A program made the translations under genes and the position numbers. From NCBI GenBank assembly GCA_028698175.1, contig JAQVDU010000001.1, forward strand, positions 1 through 58,987: a stretch of DNA of 58,987 nt. Direction: 5' to 3'. Of the stretch, positions 36,230 to 44,076 are shown one piece after another (position 1 is the first letter of the stretch; each line of letters starts with the position of its first letter). The notes under the pieces were generated by a model. That model saw nothing but the letters and a program-made list of their open reading frames with translations, was not told where the DNA came from and searched no databases. Origin of the DNA: a bacterium (GTDB lineage Bacteria > Hydrothermota > 32-111).

Positions 36230-36644
36230 GCTTGATTTTGAGATTAAGCACAATGACTTTGACAGGGCCGGCTCAGCGTCGAGCGGACTGAAGAATACCC
36301 TTAAGCAGATAGGCTATCCTCCCGATATAATTAAGAGGATAGTCGTCTCAAGCTATGAAGCGGAGATGAACGTTGTGGTGCACGCATCGGACGGACATTT
36401 GCGGGCTGTAATAACTCCGGATGAAGTCCATGTGACAGTCAAAGACAACGGCCCCGGAATCGAGAATGTCGAGATGGCAATGAAAGAGGGGTATTCGACA
36501 GCTCCGGAGAGGATACGGGAGCTTGGATTCGGAGCCGGAATGGGACTGCCCAACATAAAGAAGAATACTGACGAACTTAAGGTTGAAAGTTTTGTTCCCA
36601 CAGGTACGACTGTTGACTTCATCGTGAGGAGAAGCAATGGATAG
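36216..36644 (+). CDS. GHKL-type ATP-binding protein (anti-sigma regulatory factor / RsbW-like)
   Basis: EAEMNVVVHA (N-box), VKDNGPGI (G1) and GFGAGMGLPN (G2). Confidence 0.65.
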   Translation: MTTIELDFEIKHNDFDRAGSASSGLKNTLKQIGYPPDIIKRIVVSSYEAEMNVVVHASDGHLRAVITPDEVHVTVKDNGPGIENVEMAMKEGYSTAPERIRELGFGAGMGLPNIKKNTDELKVESFVPTGTTVDFIVRRSNG

Positions 36645-37917
36645 AAACATAAAATATTTCCATTCAGTGCGCCTCAGGGAGGATGACTGCAAGGGCTGCA
36701 CCCACTGCATGAGAAGGTGCCCCACAGAGGCTATAAGGATACGAAACGGAAAGGCATCCATAATCGAAGAGAGGTGCATCGACTGCGGAGAGTGCATAAG
36801 AACATGCCCGAACCATGCGAAGTACGCAGTATCCGACACTTTGAAAGTGCTCGAAAATTTCAAATACAAAATAGCAATACCCGCGCCCTCCATTACAGGC
36901 CAGTTTCCCGAGCGCCTTGAAATAGCAGGAATCCTCGGAGGGCTTATAGAGTGCGGATTTGATGAAGTTCTTGAGGTGGCTTACGGAGCTGAAATTGTTT
37001 CGGATTACATAGCAAAGTACATTGAAGAGCACAAGAAAATAAGGCCATTCATATCATCAGCCTGCCCGTCTGTAGTGCGACTGATTCAGGTAAAATTCCC
37101 CTCTCTTATAGAGAACATAATACCCCTCGTGACTCCGATGGACGTGACAGCGATAATGGCAAAGAGGGATGCTGCAAAAAGACTTAATATGAGCGAAAAG
37201 GAAGTGGGTGTCTTCTTCATAACCCCATGCCCCGCAAAGGTGACATCAGTTAAGGACCCTGAGGGAGATGAGGTCTCTCCTGTCGACGGAACGATTTCAA
37301 TGTCTGAGATATACGAACATCTGATAAACCACATAGACAAGATAAAGAAGAGGCCAGACCTTGTCAAGGCCGGTTCAAGGGGAATCCTCTGGGGCAAAGA
37401 GGGCGGAGAGAACAGCTCCATCAGGGGAAAGATACGAAAACTCTCGGTTGACGGAATACACAATGTGATAAAGGTCCTTGAAAAGGTTGAGGATGACGAC
37501 GTGACGCAGTTTGACTACATTGAGGCGCAGGCATGTCCGGGCGGATGCGTGGGCGGAATATTCAATGTGGAGAACAGTTTTGTGGCTAAGGAGAGGATAG
37601 AGAATATCGCGCAGACAATAAAAAGAGAGAAAGACGCAGAATCAAAGATTGCGGATTTGAAGGAGAATGAATTTCTTCTGAAGGAGAAACTCCTTCCGAG
37701 GCCGATAATACTCGACCCTGACATAAACGCCGCTCTCGATAAAATGGAGAAGATAAAGGAGATTGAGCAGAAGCTTCCGGGACTTGACTGCGGAGCGTGC
37801 GGCTGTCCGACCTGCATGTCATTTGCAGAGGACATTGTGCAGGGAAAGGCAAAACTTGAAGAGTGCATAGTGATAATGAAAGAAGAATTGAAGAAACTTG
37901 AAAAGGGGGATAAATGA
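36637..37917 (+). CDS. [FeFe]-hydrogenase-like protein, putative sensory type (HydS-like), with N-terminal 4Fe-4S dicluster and C-terminal CxxCxxxC Fe-S motif
   Basis: CKGCTHCMRRCP / CIDCGECIRTCP. H-cluster-like motifs SSACPSVV, TPCPAKV and ACPGGCVGGIF. C-terminal CGACGCPTC. Confidence 0.7.
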   Translation: MDRNIKYFHSVRLREDDCKGCTHCMRRCPTEAIRIRNGKASIIEERCIDCGECIRTCPNHAKYAVSDTLKVLENFKYKIAIPAPSITGQFPERLEIAGILGGLIECGFDEVLEVAYGAEIVSDYIAKYIEEHKKIRPFISSACPSVVRLIQVKFPSLIENIIPLVTPMDVTAIMAKRDAAKRLNMSEKEVGVFFITPCPAKVTSVKDPEGDEVSPVDGTISMSEIYEHLINHIDKIKKRPDLVKAGSRGILWGKEGGENSSIRGKIRKLSVDGIHNVIKVLEKVEDDDVTQFDYIEAQACPGGCVGGIFNVENSFVAKERIENIAQTIKREKDAESKIADLKENEFLLKEKLLPRPIILDPDINAALDKMEKIKEIEQKLPGLDCGACGCPTCMSFAEDIVQGKAKLEECIVIMKEELKKLEKGDK

Positions 37918-38240
37918 AAGTTTCCCAGATAAAAGAAAAACTGAATCTTGAATACGTTGTGCAAAGCGACAACGAAGCAGTAAGCGGATACGCGTCAGAC
38001 CTTCTCTCCGTAGTGATGGGAAAGGTGAAGCCCCAGTCGGTGTGGCTGACCGTGCAGACGCACAAGAACATAGTTGCAGTGGCTAAGATGGCTGACATTT
38101 CCGCGATTGTCATTTGCGACGGATTCTCTCCGGATGATGATACTGTTGAGGCGGCCCAAAAGGAGAACATACCAATTCTGAAAACCGATAAAGGAGTCTT
38201 TGAAATTGCAGGAATGCTCTACGAATCAGGCATCAGATAA
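37914..38240 (+). CDS. DRTGG domain protein (second copy)
   Basis: ASDLLSVVMG..LTVQTHKNIVAVAKM..IVICDGFSP..AQKENIPIL. Confidence 0.6.
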   Translation: MKVSQIKEKLNLEYVVQSDNEAVSGYASDLLSVVMGKVKPQSVWLTVQTHKNIVAVAKMADISAIVICDGFSPDDDTVEAAQKENIPILKTDKGVFEIAGMLYESGIR

Positions 38241-38968
38241 TGAAGCACAGAATGGACCTTCACATTCACACATGCCTCTCGCCCTGCGGGGACTGGTCAA
38301 TGTCAGCGGCGGCTGTCGCCAACATGGCAAAGCATATGCATCTTGACATAATAGCTGTGACAGACCATAACTCCATTGCCAACATACCGGCAGTTGCAGA
38401 CGCATGCCACAAGGTGGGAATAGAGGTCATATCCGGAATCGAGATACAGACAAAGGAGGAGGTCCACCTTCTCGGATACTTTCCGAGTTTTGAAGTCATA
38501 CAGAAGTTTTATGAGGAGTTTGAAAAGACCCTTCCCTTCATAAAGTGCGATCCGGACAAAATGGGTTCCCAGATAGTGATTGACAAGAATGACGAGGTGG
38601 TGCGCGAGGAGGAGAGGTTTCTGGGAGTTTCCAGCTCTCTCTCCGTTGAGCAGGTTATCGACCTGATACACATACACAATGGCCTCGCATTTGCCTCTCA
38701 TGTGGACAGAAGGGCATTCTCAATGGTATCACAGCTGGGTTTTCTGCCGGAAGGAATGAAATTCGACGGAATAGAGATATACAATTCGGAACTTCCGTAC
38801 AGAGAGATGTATCCGATAATCTGCTCCTCAGACGCTCATTACATTGATGAAATAGGAAAAAGATACTCCTCATTCTCCATGGACGAGTGCCATGAAGAGC
38901 GGGGATTCGAGATATTCAGAGATGCGTTAAAGAAGAAACTCATTGAATGCCATAAAGGAGGATTTTAA
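38240..38968 (+). CDS. PHP (polymerase/histidinol phosphatase) domain protein
   Basis: MDLHIHTCLSPCG..AVTDHNS motif set. Confidence 0.7.
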   Translation: MKHRMDLHIHTCLSPCGDWSMSAAAVANMAKHMHLDIIAVTDHNSIANIPAVADACHKVGIEVISGIEIQTKEEVHLLGYFPSFEVIQKFYEEFEKTLPFIKCDPDKMGSQIVIDKNDEVVREEERFLGVSSSLSVEQVIDLIHIHNGLAFASHVDRRAFSMVSQLGFLPEGMKFDGIEIYNSELPYREMYPIICSSDAHYIDEIGKRYSSFSMDECHEERGFEIFRDALKKKLIECHKGGF

Positions 38969-39465
38969 TGAATGATAAAAGAAGCAGGGAAGATAATCTG
39001 AAACTGCTCCTTGAGGAGATTAAGAAGCATAAGAAGGGCCAGGATGACCTTATTGAGGTGCTTCACAAGACGCAGGAGCTCTTCGGTTATATTCCTCAGG
39101 AGGCGATAAGCCTCATTTCAAAGGAGCTTGAAGTGTACAGGAGCGTGATATACGGAGTGATAACATTCTATCACTTCTTCACCCTTCAGCCGCCCAGCAG
39201 ACACACGATAAAGGTCTGCCTCGGAACAGCCTGCTACGTGAAGGGCGCAGACAGAATACTGAGCGCTCTCAAGAAGGAGCTTGAAGTCGAGGTGGAGCAG
39301 ACGACAGAAGACGGGCTCTTCAAAATACAGGGAGCAAGGTGCCTCGGTGCATGCGGGCTCGCGCCGGTTATGATGGTTGACGAAGAGGTGTACGGAAAAC
39401 TCACGGAAGATAAGGTGCGCGAAATCATAAAAGAGTACAGGGAAACAGAGGCTGTTGTAAAATAA
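38968..39465 (+). CDS. hydC: NuoE-like [2Fe-2S] subunit (HydC/HndA-like), copy 1
   Basis: VCLGTACYVKG...ARCLGACGLAP shows the Cx4C...Cx3C pattern. Confidence 0.8.
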   Translation: MNDKRSREDNLKLLLEEIKKHKKGQDDLIEVLHKTQELFGYIPQEAISLISKELEVYRSVIYGVITFYHFFTLQPPSRHTIKVCLGTACYVKGADRILSALKKELEVEVEQTTEDGLFKIQGARCLGACGLAPVMMVDEEVYGKLTEDKVREIIKEYRETEAVVK

Positions 39466-39466
39466 G

Positions 39467-40018
39467 ATGCGCGATATGTCACTGCACATACTTGACATTG
39501 CCGAAAACAGCGTGAGAGCCCAAGCGACAAAGGTGGATATCCTCATTGACGAAGGGGAGATTTCATCATTCATGATAAAGGACAACGGAAAGGGCATGGA
39601 CGAAGAGACCTTAAAGAATGCTCTTAATCCGTTTTATACAACGAAGACGGAGAGAAAGAAAAAAATAGGGCTCGGGCTTCCGCTTCTTAAGCAGAACGTG
39701 GAACTCTGCGACGGAAAGTTCCGCATAGAGTCGGTTCCCGGGAAAGGCACTTCTGTGAAGTGGACTGTCAATACAAGCCACATAGACTCCCTTCCGGTCG
39801 GAAACATCGAAGAGACAGTGTGGATACTCATGACAATGTATGAAAACTGCGATTTCTCATTCACTCACAGGGCCGGTAAAAAAGAGATATCGATAGAGAG
39901 CAGGGAGCTGAAAGAGGCTCTGGGGACAGACGAATTGAATGATCCGAAGGTATCAATGATAGTAAAAGATTACATAAAAGAGCAAGAAAATATAATAAAT
40001 AATCAGGAGGCATTATGA
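39467..40018 (+). CDS. GHKL ATPase-domain protein embedded in the hydrogenase operon
   Basis: HILDIAENS, IKDNGKGM and GLGLPLLKQ motifs. Confidence 0.65.
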   Translation: MRDMSLHILDIAENSVRAQATKVDILIDEGEISSFMIKDNGKGMDEETLKNALNPFYTTKTERKKKIGLGLPLLKQNVELCDGKFRIESVPGKGTSVKWTVNTSHIDSLPVGNIEETVWILMTMYENCDFSFTHRAGKKEISIESRELKEALGTDELNDPKVSMIVKDYIKEQENIINNQEAL

Positions 40019-40374
40019 AACTCGAAGATCTCAAGAAGATCAGGGAAAAGATGGAAAAATCAACGAATCTCAGAGAGGGAAAGGGAAGAATAAAGGCGGT
40101 CGTGGGAATGGGAACGTGCGGAATAGCGGCAGGAGCGAGGGACGTTCTCTCTGCTCTCATGGATGAGATAAGCAAGAGAAATCTCTCAGACATAGTTGTG
40201 ACCCAGTCCGGCTGCAGAGGTTTGTGCGACGTTGAGCCGATAATTGACGTCTATGAGGAAGGAAAGCAGATGGTCACATACGGCAACCTTACGCCGGAGA
40301 AGACGAGAAGGATAGTGGCTGAGCACTTCGTGAACGGAAGCACTGTAACAGAACTTGTTATTTCCTCGAAGTAA
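40015..40374 (+). CDS. Thioredoxin-like [2Fe-2S] ferredoxin (HndB-like)
   Basis: GMGTCGIAAG...SGCRGLCDVEP. Confidence 0.7.
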   Translation: MKLEDLKKIREKMEKSTNLREGKGRIKAVVGMGTCGIAAGARDVLSALMDEISKRNLSDIVVTQSGCRGLCDVEPIIDVYEEGKQMVTYGNLTPEKTRRIVAEHFVNGSTVTELVISSK

Positions 40375-40381
40375 CGGAGGC

Positions 40382-42007
40382 ATGATGACAAAAGTCTACA
40401 GTGTGCTGCTCTGTTCCGGAGCCTCCTGTATATCAAGCGGCGGATTCTCTTTCAGGGACGCCCTTGTTGATGAGCTTAAGAAGAAAAACCTTCAGGATTC
40501 GGTGAAGATAGTGGAGACCGGCTGCGTGGGAATCTGCGAGCTGGGACCTGTCGCAATTGTCTATCCTGACGGAGTATTCTACAAAAAGCTCAAACCGGAG
40601 GATGCGAAGGATATTGTTTCGGAGCATTTTGAAAAGGGAAGAGCAGTCTCCCGCCTTATGTACAAGGATGCAGTTGCCGACAAGATAATAGAGAAGGCGA
40701 CGGAGATGCCATTCTTCTCAAAACAGTTGAAGATAGTTCTCAGAAATACCGGAGTTATAGACCCGGAATCCCTTGACGAGTACGTGGGAAAGGACGGCTA
40801 CACAGCCCTTGCTAAGGTTCTTACTCAGATGAAGCCCGAGGATGTGATAAAGGAGATAAAGGACTCCGGGCTACGGGGAAGGGGCGGAGCCGGATTCCCG
40901 ACAGGACTCAAGTGGGAGTTCGTAAGAAATTCACAATCAGAACAAAAGTATGTGGTGTGCAATGCAGATGAGGGAGACCCTGGAGCATTCATGGACAGGT
41001 CGGTTTTAGAAGGCGACCCGTTCTCTATAATCGAGGCGATGACAATAGCAGGATATGCGGTCGGCTCAAATAAGGGCTATGTTTACGTGAGGGCTGAGTA
41101 TCCGCTTGCCATAAAGCGTTTGAAAAAGGCGATTGAAACCGCATACAAGGAAAACCTTTTAGGTAAGAACATATTTGAGACGCCATTCTACTTTGACCTT
41201 GAGATTCGCGTCGGAGCAGGAGCATTCGTCTGCGGAGAGGAGACTGCTCTGATGCACTCTGTCGAGGGAAAGAGGGGAACTCCAAACACGAAGCCCCCAT
41301 TCCCGGCCGATAAGGGCCTTTGGGAGAAGCCAACTCTGATAAACAATGTCGAGACGTATGCAAACGTGTGCCAGATAATAATCAAAGGCAGTAAATGGTT
41401 CTCTTCAATAGGAACAGAGAAGAGCAAGGGCACAAAGGTCTTTGCATTGGCAGGCGAGATAAACAACACAGGACTCGTGGAGGTGCCTATGGGCACGACT
41501 CTCCGCGAAATCATCTATGACATAGGCGGCGGCATGCCTGAGGGAAAGGTCTTTAAGGCGGCGCAGATGGGCGGACCGTCAGGCGGCTGCATTCCAGCTG
41601 AGTATATAGACACCCCGCTTGATTATGAGAGCGTCAAGAAGCTCGGCACTATAATCGGCTCCGGCGGACTTATAGTGATGAGCCAGGACACCTGCATGGT
41701 CGACCTTGCAAAGTACTTCCTTGATTTTACTCAGGATGAATCGTGCGGAAAGTGCCCCTCATGCAGGATAGGCACGAAGAAGATGCTCGAGATACTTGAA
41801 AGAATATCAAAGGGAAGAGCTGATGAGAGCGAGATAGACCTTTTAATCCATCTCGGAGAACAGATATGCAAAACCGCTCTCTGCGGACTGGGGCAGACAG
41901 CGCCCAATCCGGTGCTCTCCACTCTCAGATACTTCAAGGATGAGTACTATGAGCACATAAGAGAGAAGAAGTGCCGCGCCAACGTGTGCTTTAAGAAGAA
42001 AAAGTAG
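40382..42007 (+). CDS. hydB: NuoF-like NAD(P)H/FMN subunit (HydB/HndC-like), copy 1, with a 4-Cys N-terminal Trx-like domain
   Basis: ATG 40382 follows ACGGAGG. GRGGAGFPTGLKW, CNADEGDPGAF, ESCGKCPSCRIG...C. No C-terminal 2x[4Fe-4S] ferredoxin module. Confidence 0.8.
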   Translation: MMTKVYSVLLCSGASCISSGGFSFRDALVDELKKKNLQDSVKIVETGCVGICELGPVAIVYPDGVFYKKLKPEDAKDIVSEHFEKGRAVSRLMYKDAVADKIIEKATEMPFFSKQLKIVLRNTGVIDPESLDEYVGKDGYTALAKVLTQMKPEDVIKEIKDSGLRGRGGAGFPTGLKWEFVRNSQSEQKYVVCNADEGDPGAFMDRSVLEGDPFSIIEAMTIAGYAVGSNKGYVYVRAEYPLAIKRLKKAIETAYKENLLGKNIFETPFYFDLEIRVGAGAFVCGEETALMHSVEGKRGTPNTKPPFPADKGLWEKPTLINNVETYANVCQIIIKGSKWFSSIGTEKSKGTKVFALAGEINNTGLVEVPMGTTLREIIYDIGGGMPEGKVFKAAQMGGPSGGCIPAEYIDTPLDYESVKKLGTIIGSGGLIVMSQDTCMVDLAKYFLDFTQDESCGKCPSCRIGTKKMLEILERISKGRADESEIDLLIHLGEQICKTALCGLGQTAPNPVLSTLRYFKDEYYEHIREKKCRANVCFKKKK

Positions 42008-42033
42008 AAATAAAAATATAATACGGAGGTTTT

Positions 42034-42498
42034 ATGGCAAGAGAGCAGATACTTAAAAAGTACGAGCCGAACAGGGAAAACCTTCTTTACATCCTGCATG
42101 ACATACAGGATGCGAATGAGGGAAAGTACCTGACAGAAGAGGACCTCAAGGAAGTTGCAAAGTATGTAAACGTGAGCAGGTCCGAAGTGATGGGTGTCGT
42201 AACGTTCTACACGATGTTCTCGGTAAAGGAACGCGGAAAGCACGTGGTGCGCGTGTGCGTATCGCCGCCGTGCCAGATGATGGGAAGCGACACTATAATG
42301 GGTTACCTTAAAAAAGCTTTGGGAGTCAAGGACGGCCAGACGACGAATGACAAGCTCTTCACCCTTGAGAGCGCCGCATGCCTCGGCGTGTGCGCAGTCG
42401 CTCCGGCAATGATGATTGACGAAGAGGTTTACGGAAACCTTACGCCTGAGAAGATTGACGAAATAATAAAAAAATACAGGGGGAAGAACAATGGCTAA
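42034..42498 (+). CDS. hydC: NuoE-like [2Fe-2S] subunit, copy 2
   Basis: VCVSPPCQMMG...AACLGVCAVAP. Confidence 0.8.
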   Translation: MAREQILKKYEPNRENLLYILHDIQDANEGKYLTEEDLKEVAKYVNVSRSEVMGVVTFYTMFSVKERGKHVVRVCVSPPCQMMGSDTIMGYLKKALGVKDGQTTNDKLFTLESAACLGVCAVAPAMMIDEEVYGNLTPEKIDEIIKKYRGKNNG

Positions 42499-44065
42499 GA
42501 TATTTAGAACGCATATCCTTGTCTCCATTGACCCTGAGACACTGCTTTCAGGCGCAAAGGGGATATACGAAAAATTCAAGAAAGAGGTTGAAGCTTCTAA
42601 GCTTTCAAATGAAGTGATGGTGGCAGAGACGGGAAATCTCGGAATCTCGAACAAAGGCGTTGTTGTCGTTGTCTATCCTGAGGGAGTCATTTACGTCAAC
42701 GTGAAGGCAGACGACGTGACAAAGATAATGAATGAGCACATAATAAAGGGAAGAATCGTTAAAGATCTTGTCTTCTCCGGAGAGAAGGTGTCAGGTTCGT
42801 CAGTCAAGATGGAGCTTCCCAAACAGAACAGAGTCGTATTAAAGGGGTCAGGAGAAGTTGACCCGGAATCACTTGAAGAGTACATAGGAATAGGCGGATA
42901 CGAAGGACTGGGAAAGGTTCTCTTTGAGATGAAGCCGCAGGATGTCATAGACGCGGTGAAGAAATCGGGACTTCGCGGCCGCGGAGGCGCAGGATTCCCC
43001 ACAGGATTAAAGTGGTCATTCACAGCCCCTCTTCAGGGTGAGAAGTACGTGATATGCAATGCAGACGAGGGAGAGCCGGGGACATTCAAGGACCGACTCA
43101 TCATGGAAGGCGTTCCATTCCGTCTCATAGAGGGAATGACTATAGCAGGTTACGCAATAGGAGCTTCAAAGGGTTTCATTTACATCAGAGGCGAATACGC
43201 TCTCTCGATTGAAAAGGTGAATAAGGCGATAGAGACTGCAAGAAAGAACAACCTCCTCGGCAAAAACATACTTGAAAGCACCTTCTCATTTGACATTGAA
43301 GTGAGAAAGGGAGCAGGCGCTTACGTGTGCGGAGAGGAGACATCTCTTATAGAGTCCATGGAAGGCAAGAGGGGAAATCCGAGGAACAAGCCGCCGTTCC
43401 CGGGAGTCAAGGGATTCAGGATGAACCCTTCCGTCGTAAACAATGTGGAGACATTGGCAAATGTTCCGGCGATAGCTGTCAACGGAGCCGACTGGTACAA
43501 AAAACTGGGAACAGAGAAGTGCCCGGGCACAAAGGTCTTTACCCTTATGGGCGACATTCTCTATCCCGGCCTCATAGAGGTTGAGATGGGAACTACGCTT
43601 AAGGACGTTGTCTATAAATTCGGAGGCGGAATAAAGGAAGGAAAGAAATTCAAGGCGGCTCTCATCGGAGGAGCGGCAGGCGCATTCATATCAGAGAAGG
43701 GTCTTGACGTAAAGATGGACTTTGACTCGCTCGGTGAATGGGCGGCAGTTCTCGGTTCCGGAGCTGTGCTTGTAATGTCGGAAGACAGAGACCCTGTCGA
43801 GACGCTCAATTCCATTCTTGAATTCTTCAAGCATGAATCCTGCGGAAAGTGCTCTCCGTGCAGAATAGGCACGAAGCGCCTTGAACTTATATCAAAGGAC
43901 ATCATGAAGGGAAGAGCCACAGAGGGTGACTGGGAAACGATGAAAGAGCTATCATACACTATGAAGCTCACATCCTTCTGCCCCCTTGGACAATCGCCCT
44001 ACATACCGATAAGCAGTTTCAGCAAGTATCTTGAAGATGACATGAAAAAAAATCTTAATAAATAA
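42491..44065 (+). CDS. hydB: NuoF-like subunit, copy 2, with a cysteine-free N-terminal domain
   Basis: GRGGAGFPTGLKW, CNADEGEPGTF, ESCGKCSPCRIG...C. The first ~190 residues contain no Cys. Confidence 0.8.
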   Translation: MAKIFRTHILVSIDPETLLSGAKGIYEKFKKEVEASKLSNEVMVAETGNLGISNKGVVVVVYPEGVIYVNVKADDVTKIMNEHIIKGRIVKDLVFSGEKVSGSSVKMELPKQNRVVLKGSGEVDPESLEEYIGIGGYEGLGKVLFEMKPQDVIDAVKKSGLRGRGGAGFPTGLKWSFTAPLQGEKYVICNADEGEPGTFKDRLIMEGVPFRLIEGMTIAGYAIGASKGFIYIRGEYALSIEKVNKAIETARKNNLLGKNILESTFSFDIEVRKGAGAYVCGEETSLIESMEGKRGNPRNKPPFPGVKGFRMNPSVVNNVETLANVPAIAVNGADWYKKLGTEKCPGTKVFTLMGDILYPGLIEVEMGTTLKDVVYKFGGGIKEGKKFKAALIGGAAGAFISEKGLDVKMDFDSLGEWAAVLGSGAVLVMSEDRDPVETLNSILEFFKHESCGKCSPCRIGTKRLELISKDIMKGRATEGDWETMKELSYTMKLTSFCPLGQSPYIPISSFSKYLEDDMKKNLNK

Positions 44066-44076
44066 GGAGAATAACA

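Noticed and set aside
41947-42654. 235-aa minus-strand ORF, plus many 60-190-aa antisense ORFs across the hydrogenase locus, kinases, plsY, peptidase and CPBP genes (e.g. 12832..13464, 30894..31394, 31877..32335, 34977..35522, 36348..36893, 37586..38170)
   Set aside because: All lie fully inside strongly motif-supported genes on the opposite strand, and their translations show no recognisable motifs.
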